A DNA stretch of 64,000 nucleotides from Methanothrix sp. (GCA_963682135.1 OY821645.1:2912001-2976000); one strand, 5' to 3'. Shown: positions 39,771 to 49,360, numbered from the stretch's first letter. The notes: generated by a model from the sequence alone, not told the origin. Numbers and translations: made by a program.

Positions 39771-40091
39771 TTAAACCACTCTGCTAATCCTTTGAACGTC
39801 GCACGTTCACAACAGTCAGTTATCGCTATAGCATATGACGATTTGTATTTGGGCAAGACTCTTTTGGTTACTGGGTAATAGTGCGCTACAAATCGAAAAT
39901 GAATGCTTACTACATTTTATCAATTGATGCTAAAATCTCATTTCAATGAACATTTTCTGCCAGCCGGATGGACGATAAATGAATCTTGGAAATTGATTTG
40001 TCTATCTGGGGGGCAGAAAACTCTTTATAGTTCGACGATTGTCTTATATTATCAAGTTCACAATTGTGATAAAAGAGATCAAGGAGGAGCT

Positions 40092-40682
40092 ATGAAGATT
40101 ATTAGCCTGCTTCGTGCATTGGTCATTTTCAGTCTCATCGTCCTGCCTGCATGCTCGCAGCCGAGCCACAAGGACTGTTCCTGCATTCTCGGCAACTGCC
40201 CTGAAAAGACTGTGGACAGCTGCTGCAGCCAATCTTCCGATAGCTGCATCTCCATGAGCTGCAACTGTTCAGGCCAATTTGCATCTTATCAAGGGATGGA
40301 ATATTACGATCCCAGCGATTCGCATTTCAGGAAAGCAGGCTCGCGTTTGCCTGACAGGCAGGGGTTTGCTGGCCCGCAAAGCTGCAGCAACGCCGGTGCG
40401 TTATGCCCTGTGCCTCCAGCTTCACATAATAATAACCACGTCGGACCGCCGGATCCGGATGTAGTGGAATTTCTGCCCTCGTCAGCCAGGCAGGTATTCC
40501 AGGTGCTAGTTTCTGATGGACCTCTGACTCAAAAGGACATCATAAGCAAGACCGATCTCCCGCCAAGGACGGTGAGATATGCCCTGGGCAGGCTCAGGGG
40601 AGAGGATATGCTGGAAGAGCGCTTCTGCTTTCGCGATGCCCGGCAAAGCCTCTACGGCCTGAATGGAATGAATGCGAGGTGA
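40092..40682 (+). CDS. Hydrophobic N-terminus + Cys-rich region + wHTH regulator
   Basis: RBS AGGAGG; C-terminal LPSSARQVF...LTQKDI...RTVRYAL...DARQSLY. Confidence 0.7.
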   Translation: MKIISLLRALVIFSLIVLPACSQPSHKDCSCILGNCPEKTVDSCCSQSSDSCISMSCNCSGQFASYQGMEYYDPSDSHFRKAGSRLPDRQGFAGPQSCSNAGALCPVPPASHNNNHVGPPDPDVVEFLPSSARQVFQVLVSDGPLTQKDIISKTDLPPRTVRYALGRLRGEDMLEERFCFRDARQSLYGLNGMNAR

Positions 40683-40843
40683 AGCCACCTCTCCGTTTTT
40701 CATGGCCTATGTATTTCAATTGCGGATGCTCGAAGCTAAATTGCCTCAGCACAAAGATATAAATAACTCCTTGGTTAACAATTGTGATCGGTGATATTAA
40801 ATGAGGGATCGCCTTTGCTGACGCGGAAATACAGCCGCATAGT

Positions 40844-41080
40844 TTGAACCTGGACCGTTTGCCGCCATCGGCCAAGCTGGTTATCAAGGTGCTTGAATCG
40901 GGAAGCCTTCTAACCCAAAAAGAGATCATAGACAAGACCTACCTTCCTGCCAGAACCGTCAGATACGCTTTAACCAGGCTGAAGGAAGAGAATCTTCTCT
41001 TAAAGAAATTCTATTTCCCGGATGCACGCCAGAGCCTCTACGGCCTTAGCGCCGAATCCTCGGAGGTGATGACTGCATAA
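40844..41080 (+). CDS. Archaeal wHTH (MarR/Lrs14-like) regulator
   Basis: LPPSAKLVIKVL...LTQKEI...RTVRYAL...DARQSLY; the likely ATG at 40801 is out of frame. Confidence 0.75.
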   Translation: MNLDRLPPSAKLVIKVLESGSLLTQKEIIDKTYLPARTVRYALTRLKEENLLLKKFYFPDARQSLYGLSAESSEVMTA

Positions 41081-41193
41081 CCCTATTTTTTAACCATTAA
41101 ATTTTTTTAATTACACAAAAAATGTCTAGAATGTCATGGACAATCTTATCAATCATGGTGTCCTGATATTGATCCGATAATGGGAGAAATGAT

Positions 41194-41493
41194 ATGGAAC
41201 ACGTAAAATTGCAGCTAGCTGGAAAGCAGGCAGATGGATATGTGATCGCTTTGGGTCCGGTAAATCTCGTCAACGTTGTCACCGATGTGGGAATGGTGGG
41301 CTGCGGAGCATTTGATGTCGCTGCCCTAAACAACTTCGGCTACCCGGCAGCCAGGGTCAGGCCCGCTCAGGGAGTCTCCATTGCCACCATCGAGGATCTC
41401 TTGCAGGGCATAGTCAAGGAAGTGAATCCTGCTGCAGAGATGCTGGGATTGAAGGTTGGCCAGACCGGAAAAGAGGCACTCGAATTGCTATAG
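41194..41493 (+). CDS. YunC/DUF1805 family protein
   Basis: GMVGCGAFDV...TIEDLL...LGLKVGQTGKEAL. Confidence 0.8.
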   Translation: MEHVKLQLAGKQADGYVIALGPVNLVNVVTDVGMVGCGAFDVAALNNFGYPAARVRPAQGVSIATIEDLLQGIVKEVNPAAEMLGLKVGQTGKEALELL

Positions 41494-41505
41494 CTCAAAT
41501 GTGAT

Positions 41506-42072
41506 TCATCCAGTGATCAATAGTTCAGCTTCTTTCTCGGATGCTGTTGCTCTCGCAGCGTCGGCCAGTGCCTCTTCGAACTCATTTCTCTCTGATAGGG
41601 ATATCCGTGCGCTGCCCTCCGGATAAATCAATTCCAGTTCCTTCCTAACATCGTGAGAGGCAGGCACCCTCAATACGCGCAGATTTTCCAGCGACGTCTC
41701 GAAGAGAACTTTGCCAGGTGTCTTGACCCAGAGAATGACTCTTTGGCTGGTAATATTCCAGATGCCTGGCACCCAGCATTTTATCAGACCCTCATCCTCT
41801 CGCAGATATCCGAAGGTCTTGTAGAGGATCTCCTCGCCCGGGAAGAGCGGCAGGTGCGTCTCCTGGCTGGCATACAATTCCCGGCTGCTCTTATCCCAGT
41901 CTTCCATTATGCCGTACTCCAGCATGGTCTCCATGCCGGCGATCATGGCCCTCAGTGTCACGCCAATCAGGGGTATGCCGGCCACGGAGATGATTAGATC
42001 GGCGTTTAGAACTGCTCCCTTGTTGAGAAGCCGATCCAAAACCTCGACCAGACAGCTCTCTCTCTCCGGATT
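41506..42072 (-). CDS. gvpM: Gas vesicle protein GvpM-like with an extra C-terminal domain
   Basis: LVEVLDRLLNKGAVLNADLIISVAGIPLIGV. Confidence 0.75.
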   Translation of the reverse strand, partial: NPERESCLVEVLDRLLNKGAVLNADLIISVAGIPLIGVTLRAMIAGMETMLEYGIMEDWDKSSRELYASQETHLPLFPGEEILYKTFGYLREDEGLIKCWVPGIWNITSQRVILWVKTPGKVLFETSLENLRVLRVPASHDVRKELELIYPEGSARISLSERNEFEEALADAARATASEKEAELLITG

Positions 42073-42887
42073 CATCCTACCCCCGAGAGGCATACAAAGC
42101 TGAAGGGAGCCCAGGGGCCGGTGAACCTTACATAGAATCCTTCTTTGCCGTTTATCTCTTCAAGGACCTCGCCCAGCTTTTTCACGGCCTCATCCGAGAC
42201 CCTGCAGCAAAAGGCAGCGAGAAGCTTCTTGTCCTTGTATTTGTCCGCAGTCCAGGAGCTCTTGCCTGCGGCCTTCAGCTCTTCCGCCAAAGGCTTGATT
42301 TCTAAAAAAAACTGATCTGCCAGCCCGCCGGCTTCTGCGTAAGTCAGGTCTTTCAGCTTTATGTCAAGATTGCGCTTGAGAAGATAGGCCTTTCCTTTCG
42401 GCTCATTTTCGATGCGGCTTTTGAGATCCACCAGCTCCTGATTATGGGCTAATACCAGATTTTCCAAACAAGCATGATCGCAATATATCTGGATTGAATA
42501 CTCTGCCGTTCCCTGCATGCGCAGCAGCTCGCTTGCAAGTTTTTCGTAGTCCCGGCAAAGCCAGTCTAAAACCGCATCATCATCACCCCTGATGATGACA
42601 TCGAAAGAGAAAGGAAGCACGGTTCCGAACATCTTCGTCGCCTGGTCTATTACATAGCTATGCTCCAAGACCCAATCCTCGGCCAGCTTTTTGTCCTCGG
42701 TATGATATGGTTTTGCCTCGCAGGCATGTACTATTGCTGCGATGTCCTTGTAGGGTACTATGTAGACGTCATTCTCCTGGATGCCTATGCTGCCCAACCG
42801 GGCTTCCTGTCCGGTCATGGCAACTGAGTAAAGGTATCTGGCCTCGTTTACCATTATCTCAGGACTCCTCTTCCTGGCTTTCTTCAT
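42072..42887 (-). CDS. gvpL: Gas vesicle protein GvpL
   Basis: GTVLPFSF, FTGPWAPFSFV; late position in the cluster. Confidence 0.8.
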   Translation of the reverse strand: MKKARKRSPEIMVNEARYLYSVAMTGQEARLGSIGIQENDVYIVPYKDIAAIVHACEAKPYHTEDKKLAEDWVLEHSYVIDQATKMFGTVLPFSFDVIIRGDDDAVLDWLCRDYEKLASELLRMQGTAEYSIQIYCDHACLENLVLAHNQELVDLKSRIENEPKGKAYLLKRNLDIKLKDLTYAEAGGLADQFFLEIKPLAEELKAAGKSSWTADKYKDKKLLAAFCCRVSDEAVKKLGEVLEEINGKEGFYVRFTGPWAPFSFVCLSGVG

Positions 42888-43182
42888 TCCAGCTTGCAGG
42901 ATTCAGGAACTTGTCTATCAGGTCTTCTGCGGCCAGATCCAGATCAGTCCGAACCAATTGCACAGCATCTTCTATGTTGTTGTCAGACTTTATCTTGGCG
43001 AGGGCCTCGGTTAATTCAGAGAGGGCTTCGCCCAGTCGCTCTATTTCGCCGTCGCTGAGACTTCCACTCTCCATTCTCCTCAAAGCCTGTCGTTCTAAAA
43101 GCTCCTGGATGATCTCCACCAGGGCCACCACCAGGCCCAAAAGCCCATCCTTCAGGTTTCCTTCATCCAGGTTGATCGACAT
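42859..43182 (-). CDS. gvpK: Gas vesicle protein GvpK
   Basis: LLERQALRRMESGSLSDGEIERLG. Confidence 0.88.
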   Translation of the reverse strand: MSINLDEGNLKDGLLGLVVALVEIIQELLERQALRRMESGSLSDGEIERLGEALSELTEALAKIKSDNNIEDAVQLVRTDLDLAAEDLIDKFLNPASWNEESQEEES

Positions 43183-43190
43183 TTCGGGTC

Positions 43191-43838
43191 CTAGTCTAGC
43201 CGCAGGTGAAGTATGCCGTTCTTGAAGCTCTTCTCGATGATGGATTTTGCCTGCCTGGGCATTACTATTTTCTTGCTGAATTGACCGGCAGTTATTTCCA
43301 GAGAATCTCCCTCCAGATTCATCAGCAGCTCCTCCTCAGAGACCCCGGGCAGTTCGGCAATAATAGTGATACCGTCCTTTCCTTCCATCACATCCACTAT
43401 CGGCTGCCTTTGGGGTGCGGCCTCGGGCATTCTGACGCTTTCTGTTCGGGGAGCCGCCCGCCTCGCTGCATGGCCTGGGCCCCGGCCTAGCGGCCTGGTA
43501 GAGACATGATAGTCGACGACAGGCTTGCTGGACCAGCCAACATCGATCCTGTGTTTTATTTCTGCGTCCGTGTCGGCAATCCTCTGCCGAAATTCGGGTG
43601 AGGACTCTTCCAGGGACTTGATTATGCCTCCCAGACCGGGGATAAACTGGCTCACCACGTTATGCACTATCCCACCCATTTGAATATCGCCGCTTTGCTT
43701 ATGGGACCCCTTTTCCAGTTCTTCGATTCTTTTTTCCAGGCGCGCTATCTTCTCAGCATCCTCTTTATTCTTGCTTGCATCCTTATCTTTTGAGTCCTCG
43801 ACCATAAGTATCCCTCCAAGATCAATCGTAATTTCCAA
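43191..43838 (-). CDS. Hsp20/GvpH-like protein
   Basis: C-terminal alpha-crystallin domain IIAELPGV...FKNGILHLRL. Confidence 0.7.
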   Translation of the reverse strand: MEITIDLGGILMVEDSKDKDASKNKEDAEKIARLEKRIEELEKGSHKQSGDIQMGGIVHNVVSQFIPGLGGIIKSLEESSPEFRQRIADTDAEIKHRIDVGWSSKPVVDYHVSTRPLGRGPGHAARRAAPRTESVRMPEAAPQRQPIVDVMEGKDGITIIAELPGVSEEELLMNLEGDSLEITAGQFSKKIVMPRQAKSIIEKSFKNGILHLRLD

Positions 43839-44187
43839 CGCCGGGCCGGATGATGGGCAGAGGTGCTGGGCTGGACCAACCGCAGATATGACAGCCCTCC
43901 CGGATCAACTCATCTTCATCTCTTTTATTACCGCATTCCGGGCAGCAGGCCTTGGGTTTGACTGCATCTTTCCAGCCTGGTGCTTTAAGATTGGTTCCTG
44001 CGGGCATCTCCAGGCCGTACTTGGCTGCGGTCTCAAAAGAGGCTAATACTGCCCGAATCTTGATGCCCAAAAGCTCTGTGCCAGCTATTGATACGGCTAT
44101 ATCAGCATTGATCACCAGGCCCTTGTCAAGAATTCTTTCCACAATATCGGCAAGATTCTGGCTTTTTGTCGGCGCCAAAGAATTCAT
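43822..44187 (-). CDS. gvpJ: Gas vesicle protein GvpJ with C-terminal Zn-ribbon
   Basis: LADIVERILDKGLVINADIAVS...ASFETAAKYGL; CPEC..CHIC. Confidence 0.85.
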   Translation of the reverse strand: MNSLAPTKSQNLADIVERILDKGLVINADIAVSIAGTELLGIKIRAVLASFETAAKYGLEMPAGTNLKAPGWKDAVKPKACCPECGNKRDEDELIREGCHICGWSSPAPLPIIRPGVGNYD

Positions 44188-44199
44188 TTATACCCCCAC

Positions 44200-44481
44200 T
44201 TACCCTCGGTTGGCCATCTCGTTACGGATTCTCCTCTTATGAGCCAGTATCTTTGCCTTATGAATGAGCCTTTGCGTGCGCTGGATCATTCTGACCGTTG
44301 TCCTTTGAGTATGCCATCTCTCTTTGATCTTACGATTATTATTCCTGGAACTCACATACCAGGTTCTTTTCGTCTGCATAAGTGCAGGGAGGACCTCGTC
44401 TCTTATCCTTCTCTTATGAGCAGTTACCAGGGCGTGCTGACGTCTCCGGTTGTCCAGAACCTTTTGACTTAGAAGGGCCAT
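44200..44481 (-). CDS. Very basic small protein (GvpI-like position)
   Basis: Arg-rich, repeated AHKRRIR(D/N)E. Confidence 0.6.
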   Translation of the reverse strand: MALLSQKVLDNRRRQHALVTAHKRRIRDEVLPALMQTKRTWYVSSRNNNRKIKERWHTQRTTVRMIQRTQRLIHKAKILAHKRRIRNEMANRG

Positions 44482-44501
44482 TGTTTCATATCTCCACAAG
44501 A

Positions 44502-44693
44502 TTATTCATTTTCATCCTTAAATCCTATCTGCACTCTACCATGGTAAATTGCTCGAATGAAGCCGGGATATCCCAATGACCCTGAAAAAGGCCGTTTATG
44601 TTCATTGTTTTCATCCATTTCCTGGATTATCTGCCAAAATTCCCCAACTTTCTTTGCGGGCGTTTTTTTGGCATCTCCCGATTCATCGGCCAT
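44502..44693 (-). CDS. Small hypothetical protein in the gvp operon
   Basis: 63-aa ORF packed between gvpG and the basic protein. Confidence 0.5.
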   Translation of the reverse strand: MADESGDAKKTPAKKVGEFWQIIQEMDENNEHKRPFSGSLGYPGFIRAIYHGRVQIGFKDENE

Positions 44694-44696
44694 ATC

Positions 44697-44978
44697 TTAT
44701 CCCAGTATATCCATCCTTGAACCGAGATCCATTTCCAAAACTTTCATAGCTACATCCAGCTTATGCAGGAGCTGTGAGTTCATCTGTTCGTATTCCTGGC
44801 GATCAAGCTCTCCAAATTCATAGAGCAGACGGGTCTCTTTTATCTGGTCTCTAATCTTTTCCGGATTGTAATATCCTTTCAAGGCAAATTTTTGGATCTG
44901 CTCCAGCGTCCAAATCATATCCAGCCCAGGCAGGGTGATTCCAATGGATCGCAGCACAATATCATCAATTATGAACAA
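44697..44978 (-). CDS. gvpG: Gas vesicle protein GvpG
   Basis: MFIIDD...YNPEKIRDQIKETRLLYEFGEL. Confidence 0.82.
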   Translation of the reverse strand: MFIIDDIVLRSIGITLPGLDMIWTLEQIQKFALKGYYNPEKIRDQIKETRLLYEFGELDRQEYEQMNSQLLHKLDVAMKVLEMDLGSRMDILG

Positions 44979-44979
44979 T

Positions 44980-45669
44980 CTATCGAAACCCCCTTCGTTT
45001 GCCTCCCAGGATATGAATGTCTACGAAGTTATAGGCAGGCCAGGGACCGGAGTATTGCACCTTCATCTCGTGATATCGTTCTTTAAGCCTGCCCACCTGC
45101 ACAGAGAACTCATCCATAGTGGACTTATCTACCAAAAAGGTGCTGTTTAAAATCAAGCGGTCAGAAAAGAGCTTGAGCTTTTTATTATCAGAGGAAACTG
45201 CTAAGAGGCTTTGCAGAAAATCGGCGCTGCATTCCTCTTTTTGGGCGCTGTTCATGGGTTCTAGATCTTTAGGAAGAAATACCTTGATGCCCAGTTCCAC
45301 CTTGCCGTCTACAATCGGCAGTGCCTTCTGCATGGCCTGATAGCCGGCGCTCATGGCAATTTGCAGTAGCTTCTTGCTCTTAAATGCCATGCCATAGGCC
45401 ACAGGAATCACACTGTACTCTCGCATTACCTGTTCAACTACATTCCTGTGGATCTCGACTTCCTGCTCAATAGCAGCATAATCCCTGTAGGTCACGTCAC
45501 TCACGACAGGGCTTAAGTCCCGATAGTCCATCGTATAGACCTCGCTGGCATCAAAGCCGATATTCCCAAAGCTCTCTCTCTCCTTAAATGGGAAAGGAAT
45601 GACGCAATAGACATACTTTCCTAGAGTCTCGGGGACATCCTTCTCAGCTTTGCGAATCCTCCTTAACAA
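44980..45669 (-). CDS. gvpF: Gas vesicle protein GvpF
   Basis: GKYVYCVI, VIPVAYGMAF, YSGPWPAYNFV. Confidence 0.85.
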   Translation of the reverse strand: MLRRIRKAEKDVPETLGKYVYCVIPFPFKERESFGNIGFDASEVYTMDYRDLSPVVSDVTYRDYAAIEQEVEIHRNVVEQVMREYSVIPVAYGMAFKSKKLLQIAMSAGYQAMQKALPIVDGKVELGIKVFLPKDLEPMNSAQKEECSADFLQSLLAVSSDNKKLKLFSDRLILNSTFLVDKSTMDEFSVQVGRLKERYHEMKVQYSGPWPAYNFVDIHILGGKRRGFR

Positions 45670-45673
45670 GAAG

Positions 45674-45952
45674 CTACACCTCTTCCTCGACCATCTCCAT
45701 GTCCGATCTTCTGCGCAGCATTATCCTCTTGTAGCCAAGAAGCTCCCCATCAAGATCGAATTTCATCTCGTACCTCCCCATAATATCCTGTGTGTCGGGC
45801 ACGGATCTTCTTTCCAAAACCTCGATCTCAGCCACCCAGCCTTCTGTATCCTTGTTAAGGCTGATGATGCTGTCAAGCTTCTTCTTCAACATGGTTTCTG
45901 CAGCTTGGGTTGCTATCCCAAGAATATCCTGAATCTTTGGCTTACCGCTCAT
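45674..45952 (-). CDS. gvpO: Gas vesicle protein GvpO
   Basis: GWVAEIEVLERRSVPDTQDIMGRYE. Confidence 0.88.
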   Translation of the reverse strand: MSGKPKIQDILGIATQAAETMLKKKLDSIISLNKDTEGWVAEIEVLERRSVPDTQDIMGRYEMKFDLDGELLGYKRIMLRRRSDMEMVEEEV

Positions 45953-46331
45953 GCATGGTCACCTGAGGAGTGTAGATAGAGAGCTCTCCATGAATGGGAA
46001 TTATTTCCACGTCCCTTCCCTTTAATTCATGAATTCTCTCTTTCAATTTATATTTATCTACTTCGTCAGCCAATCTATAGTAGCGAAGAAATGAGGCAAG
46101 CTTATGTCTCCTGGATTTGACGGCATCTCTGCCCAAGGCTTCTTCCTCAAAAGTTCCATCAGGTTTGAGGGTGAAATAGAATGTTGCCCCTATCTGTCTT
46201 CCGTCCTGCATTCTGGCTTTGATGACCAGAGCATCGGTCTCATTGAATGCGAGGCCAGGAGGCTTCTTGTGGAAGAGCTGGCTTATTTTATAAACCTCCG
46301 CCTCTTCGACTACCGCAGTTATTGGTTGCAT
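45942..46331 (-). CDS. Hypothetical protein between gvpN and gvpO
   Basis: 129-aa ORF overlapping the gvpO start. Confidence 0.65.
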   Translation of the reverse strand: MQPITAVVEEAEVYKISQLFHKKPPGLAFNETDALVIKARMQDGRQIGATFYFTLKPDGTFEEEALGRDAVKSRRHKLASFLRYYRLADEVDKYKLKERIHELKGRDVEIIPIHGELSIYTPQVTMHER

Positions 46332-46353
46332 ATTCGCTTCCCTTAGGCTGAAC

Positions 46354-47430
46354 TCAAGCTGCCGACTCTCTAACCAGTCTCTTCTTCTCTTCCATATCCT
46401 TGGGAGAACAGGTCTTGTTGGCTATGACATCGATGCACATTTGCTGGAAATCTATGGTTAAATCTTCTCGGTCTTTTAGGGTTTGCAGTCCTTTGGCGAT
46501 CATGATGCAAGCCCTGGTTCCGGGTTTCTGGGCATCAGGAAGCTTTTCTCTTATCGATCTTATTGTCTGTACAATCTTCTCGGCTTTGTCCTGAGAGATT
46601 CCCGTGTGCTCCATCACGATTCGCACTTCAGTCTCGTGGCCGTAGTAGTCGGCATATATGCCCACCATACGATCGAGCAGCGCATCTTGCGGCCTGTGAA
46701 TTCCTGCATATTCAATGGAGTTGCTGGTGAGGATGGCTTTGAAATCCGGATGAACTTTTATGTACCTTTCTTCTCCAAATTTAGTTGGAAGTTCCAGGAT
46801 GCCTTCTTCAAAGACGGACAGGAGAACGTTATTCGATGCAGGCTTGGTTCTGGAGAACTCGTTGTAGATGAGGGTATAACCATATTTGCAAGCCAGAGAG
46901 AGGGGATTGTCAACCCACTCGATCTTCATGGTATCTCTTGTCTTGAAGACGTTGTGGACGTAATTATCTCGCACACTTTCGCTCTGCATCTGAGAGTAGC
47001 CGCCGATTAAATCGGATGTAGTTATAGCTTCATCTCCGTTTATCCAGACCACAGGCCGCCCAAGTCTTTTGGCCACATGTACGGCCATGCTGGTCTTGCC
47101 GCAGCCTGTAGGCCCAATCAGATGTACAGGATATCCAGCTTGAAGCCACAGAGAGAGGCGGCTTTCCATCTCCATTACCTCCGGGGTGCTGATGAAATGA
47201 TTTGCCTCGGGCGTGAGGAAAGCCTCTTCAATGGCCTTATGCCTGGCTTCTTCAGATATCAATTCATAGCTGCAGTCCATATTAGCCGGAGATTTGATTC
47301 TCACTTGAATGCTGGGATCATTTAATCCTGCCTTAGAATTGTGAGCCATCTCGCTAGCCTTTTTCTCAGAAGCGGTCATGTGAACTGCTTCCCCTCTCAC
47401 CCTTCTGGGATGTGACTCAATATACGGCAT
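46354..47430 (-). CDS. gvpN: Gas vesicle AAA+ ATPase GvpN
   Basis: HLIGPTGCGKT, YNEFSR, EYAGIHRPQDALLDR. Confidence 0.92.
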   Translation of the reverse strand: MPYIESHPRRVRGEAVHMTASEKKASEMAHNSKAGLNDPSIQVRIKSPANMDCSYELISEEARHKAIEEAFLTPEANHFISTPEVMEMESRLSLWLQAGYPVHLIGPTGCGKTSMAVHVAKRLGRPVVWINGDEAITTSDLIGGYSQMQSESVRDNYVHNVFKTRDTMKIEWVDNPLSLACKYGYTLIYNEFSRTKPASNNVLLSVFEEGILELPTKFGEERYIKVHPDFKAILTSNSIEYAGIHRPQDALLDRMVGIYADYYGHETEVRIVMEHTGISQDKAEKIVQTIRSIREKLPDAQKPGTRACIMIAKGLQTLKDREDLTIDFQQMCIDVIANKTCSPKDMEEKKRLVRESAA

Positions 47431-47482
47431 CGCTTAGCACCTTCATGGAATTATGATAATAATAAAAAGTTCTACTAAGGAT

Positions 47483-48295
47483 TTACCCATAGTAGAAATC
47501 ACGGACATAGTTCTTGAGATCTTGCTCTTGATATCTGTAGATCTCATTTTGGAAAGACGCTGCTCTTCCTTGAAGCTCCCTTGCTCCGGAATACAGCCTG
47601 GAGACAGCTTCGCGGTTCTCTTTTATCTGTGAGTTAAGATTGCTTTGGAACTTTGCCAGACCAGTCTGCAAATTTCTGTAGCCCTCATCTCTGATGTTCT
47701 TTCCAGCTTTCGAAAATTCACGAGCCATCTTTTCCTGAGAGGACATAATCTCTCTGGCTCCTGAGTGCATTCTTGCGGTAGCGTCCGAATTTTCCTTGAT
47801 TTGGGCATCAATTGACCGCTTGAATTGCATTTGAGCCTGATCGAATCTCTTCTGACCGTCCTCTACCATTTTTTGGGCTTCGGAGTGCATATTTCTAGAT
47901 AATGTGTTGCTGGCAGCGTGGAACTCTTTCACCGATTTGGTCATCTCTCGGATACCTTCATCACGGATATCTTTACCAGCTTTCTTGATTTCAGCTGCTT
48001 TGTTATCGATTGCATTGGCCTTTGCCAAAACACCCTTCTTGCCAAAGCCAGCCGGTTTCGCTGCACTTTTCGGTTTTTCGATCATTGAAGCCTCTTTAGG
48101 ACTCACATGTGGTATGGGCTTGGGAGGCTCTTTCTGCTTCTTCATAGCCTCCAGGATATACTCAGCTAACTGAGACTTTGTTCCTCCCAAATTCTCCAAA
48201 CCATACTTCAGAGCCAATTCTTCCAGATCTCGCCGAGTGTGCTTAGTTACCAGCTCGTCGAAGGTCTCAACTTTGTTGGTTGCGTATTCTTCCAT
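47483..48295 (-). CDS. GvpC-like helical repeat protein with N-terminal HeH (SAP/Rho-N-like) motif
   Basis: Position between gvpA and gvpN; repeats KAGK(D/N)IRDEG and QIKEN...SGARE. Confidence 0.6.
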   Translation of the reverse strand: MEEYATNKVETFDELVTKHTRRDLEELALKYGLENLGGTKSQLAEYILEAMKKQKEPPKPIPHVSPKEASMIEKPKSAAKPAGFGKKGVLAKANAIDNKAAEIKKAGKDIRDEGIREMTKSVKEFHAASNTLSRNMHSEAQKMVEDGQKRFDQAQMQFKRSIDAQIKENSDATARMHSGAREIMSSQEKMAREFSKAGKNIRDEGYRNLQTGLAKFQSNLNSQIKENREAVSRLYSGARELQGRAASFQNEIYRYQEQDLKNYVRDFYYG

Positions 48296-48331
48296 GGCTC
48301 TTCCTCCTAAAATAATTAGAAGAAATCAGCA

Positions 48332-48562
48332 CTAAGCAGGAACCCCAGGAGTAGCGCCGATGGCCGCTTGTTCGATCTTGGCCATCTCCTCAGAGTAGTG
48401 CAGATAGGTGTCCACCGATGCTACGACAACACGTGCCTCGACGGTCAGAATCTCAATACCCACCAGGCTGATCCTGGCCCAAACATCGACTACGATACCC
48501 TTGTCGAGAATCCTATCCAGAACCTCGGCAAGACTTGATGCGTCCGGTGTAGCGGTTACCAT
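48332..48562 (-). CDS. gvpA: GvpA copy 6 (variant C-terminus GATPGVPA)
   Basis: [18 protein letters not shown]...[13 protein letters not shown]. Confidence 0.95.
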   Translation of the reverse strand: MVTATPDASSLAEVLDRILDKGIVVDVWARISLVGIEILTVEARVVVASVDTYLHYSEEMAKIEQAAIGATPGVPA

Positions 48563-48597
48563 TTTTATTCACTCCTTTAGATATTGCATTAACAGAT

Positions 48598-48828
48598 TTA
48601 AGCTGGGACTTTGGGGCTTGCTCCGATGGCCGCCTGCTCTATTTTGGCCATCTCTTCAGAGTAGTGCAGGTAGGTGTCCACCGATGCAACGACAACGCGT
48701 GCCTCGACGGTCAGAATCTCAATACCCACCAGGCTGATCCTGGCCCAAACATCGACTACGATACCCTTGTCGAGAATCCTATCCAGAACCTCGGCAAGAC
48801 TTGATGCGTCCGGTGTAGCGGTTACCAT
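48598..48828 (-). CDS. gvpA: GvpA copy 5
   Basis: 76 aa, canonical GvpA motif. Confidence 0.95.
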   Translation of the reverse strand: MVTATPDASSLAEVLDRILDKGIVVDVWARISLVGIEILTVEARVVVASVDTYLHYSEEMAKIEQAAIGASPKVPA

Positions 48829-48863
48829 TTTTATTCACTCCTTTAGATATTGCATTAACAGAT

Positions 48864-49094
48864 TTAAGCTGGGACTTTGGGGCTTGCTCCGATGGCCGCC
48901 TGCTCTATTTTGGCCATCTCTTCAGAGTAGTGCAGGTAGGTGTCCACCGATGCAACGACAACGCGTGCCTCGACGGTCAGAATCTCAATACCCACCAGGC
49001 TGATCCTGGCCCAAACATCGACTACGATTCCCTTGTCGAGAATCCTATCCAGAACCTCGGCAAGACTTGATGCGTCCGGTGTAGCGGTTACCAT
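48864..49094 (-). CDS. gvpA: GvpA copy 4
   Basis: Protein identical to copy 5. Confidence 0.95.
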   Translation of the reverse strand: MVTATPDASSLAEVLDRILDKGIVVDVWARISLVGIEILTVEARVVVASVDTYLHYSEEMAKIEQAAIGASPKVPA

Positions 49095-49129
49095 TTTTAT
49101 TCACTCCTTTAGATATTGCATTAACAGAT

Positions 49130-49360
49130 TTAAGCTGGGACTTTGGGGCTTGCTCCGATGGCTGCCTGCTCTATTTTGGCCATCTCTTCAGAGTAGTGCA
49201 GGTAGGTGTCCACCGATGCAACGACAACGCGTGCCTCGACGGTCAGAATCTCAATACCCACCAGGCTGATCCTGGCCCAAACATCGACTACGATACCCTT
49301 GTCGAGAATCCTATCCAGAACCTCGGCAAGACTTGATGCGTCCGGTGTAGCGGTTACCAT
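49130..49360 (-). CDS. gvpA: GvpA copy 3
   Basis: Protein identical to copy 5. Confidence 0.95.
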   Translation of the reverse strand: MVTATPDASSLAEVLDRILDKGIVVDVWARISLVGIEILTVEARVVVASVDTYLHYSEEMAKIEQAAIGASPKVPA

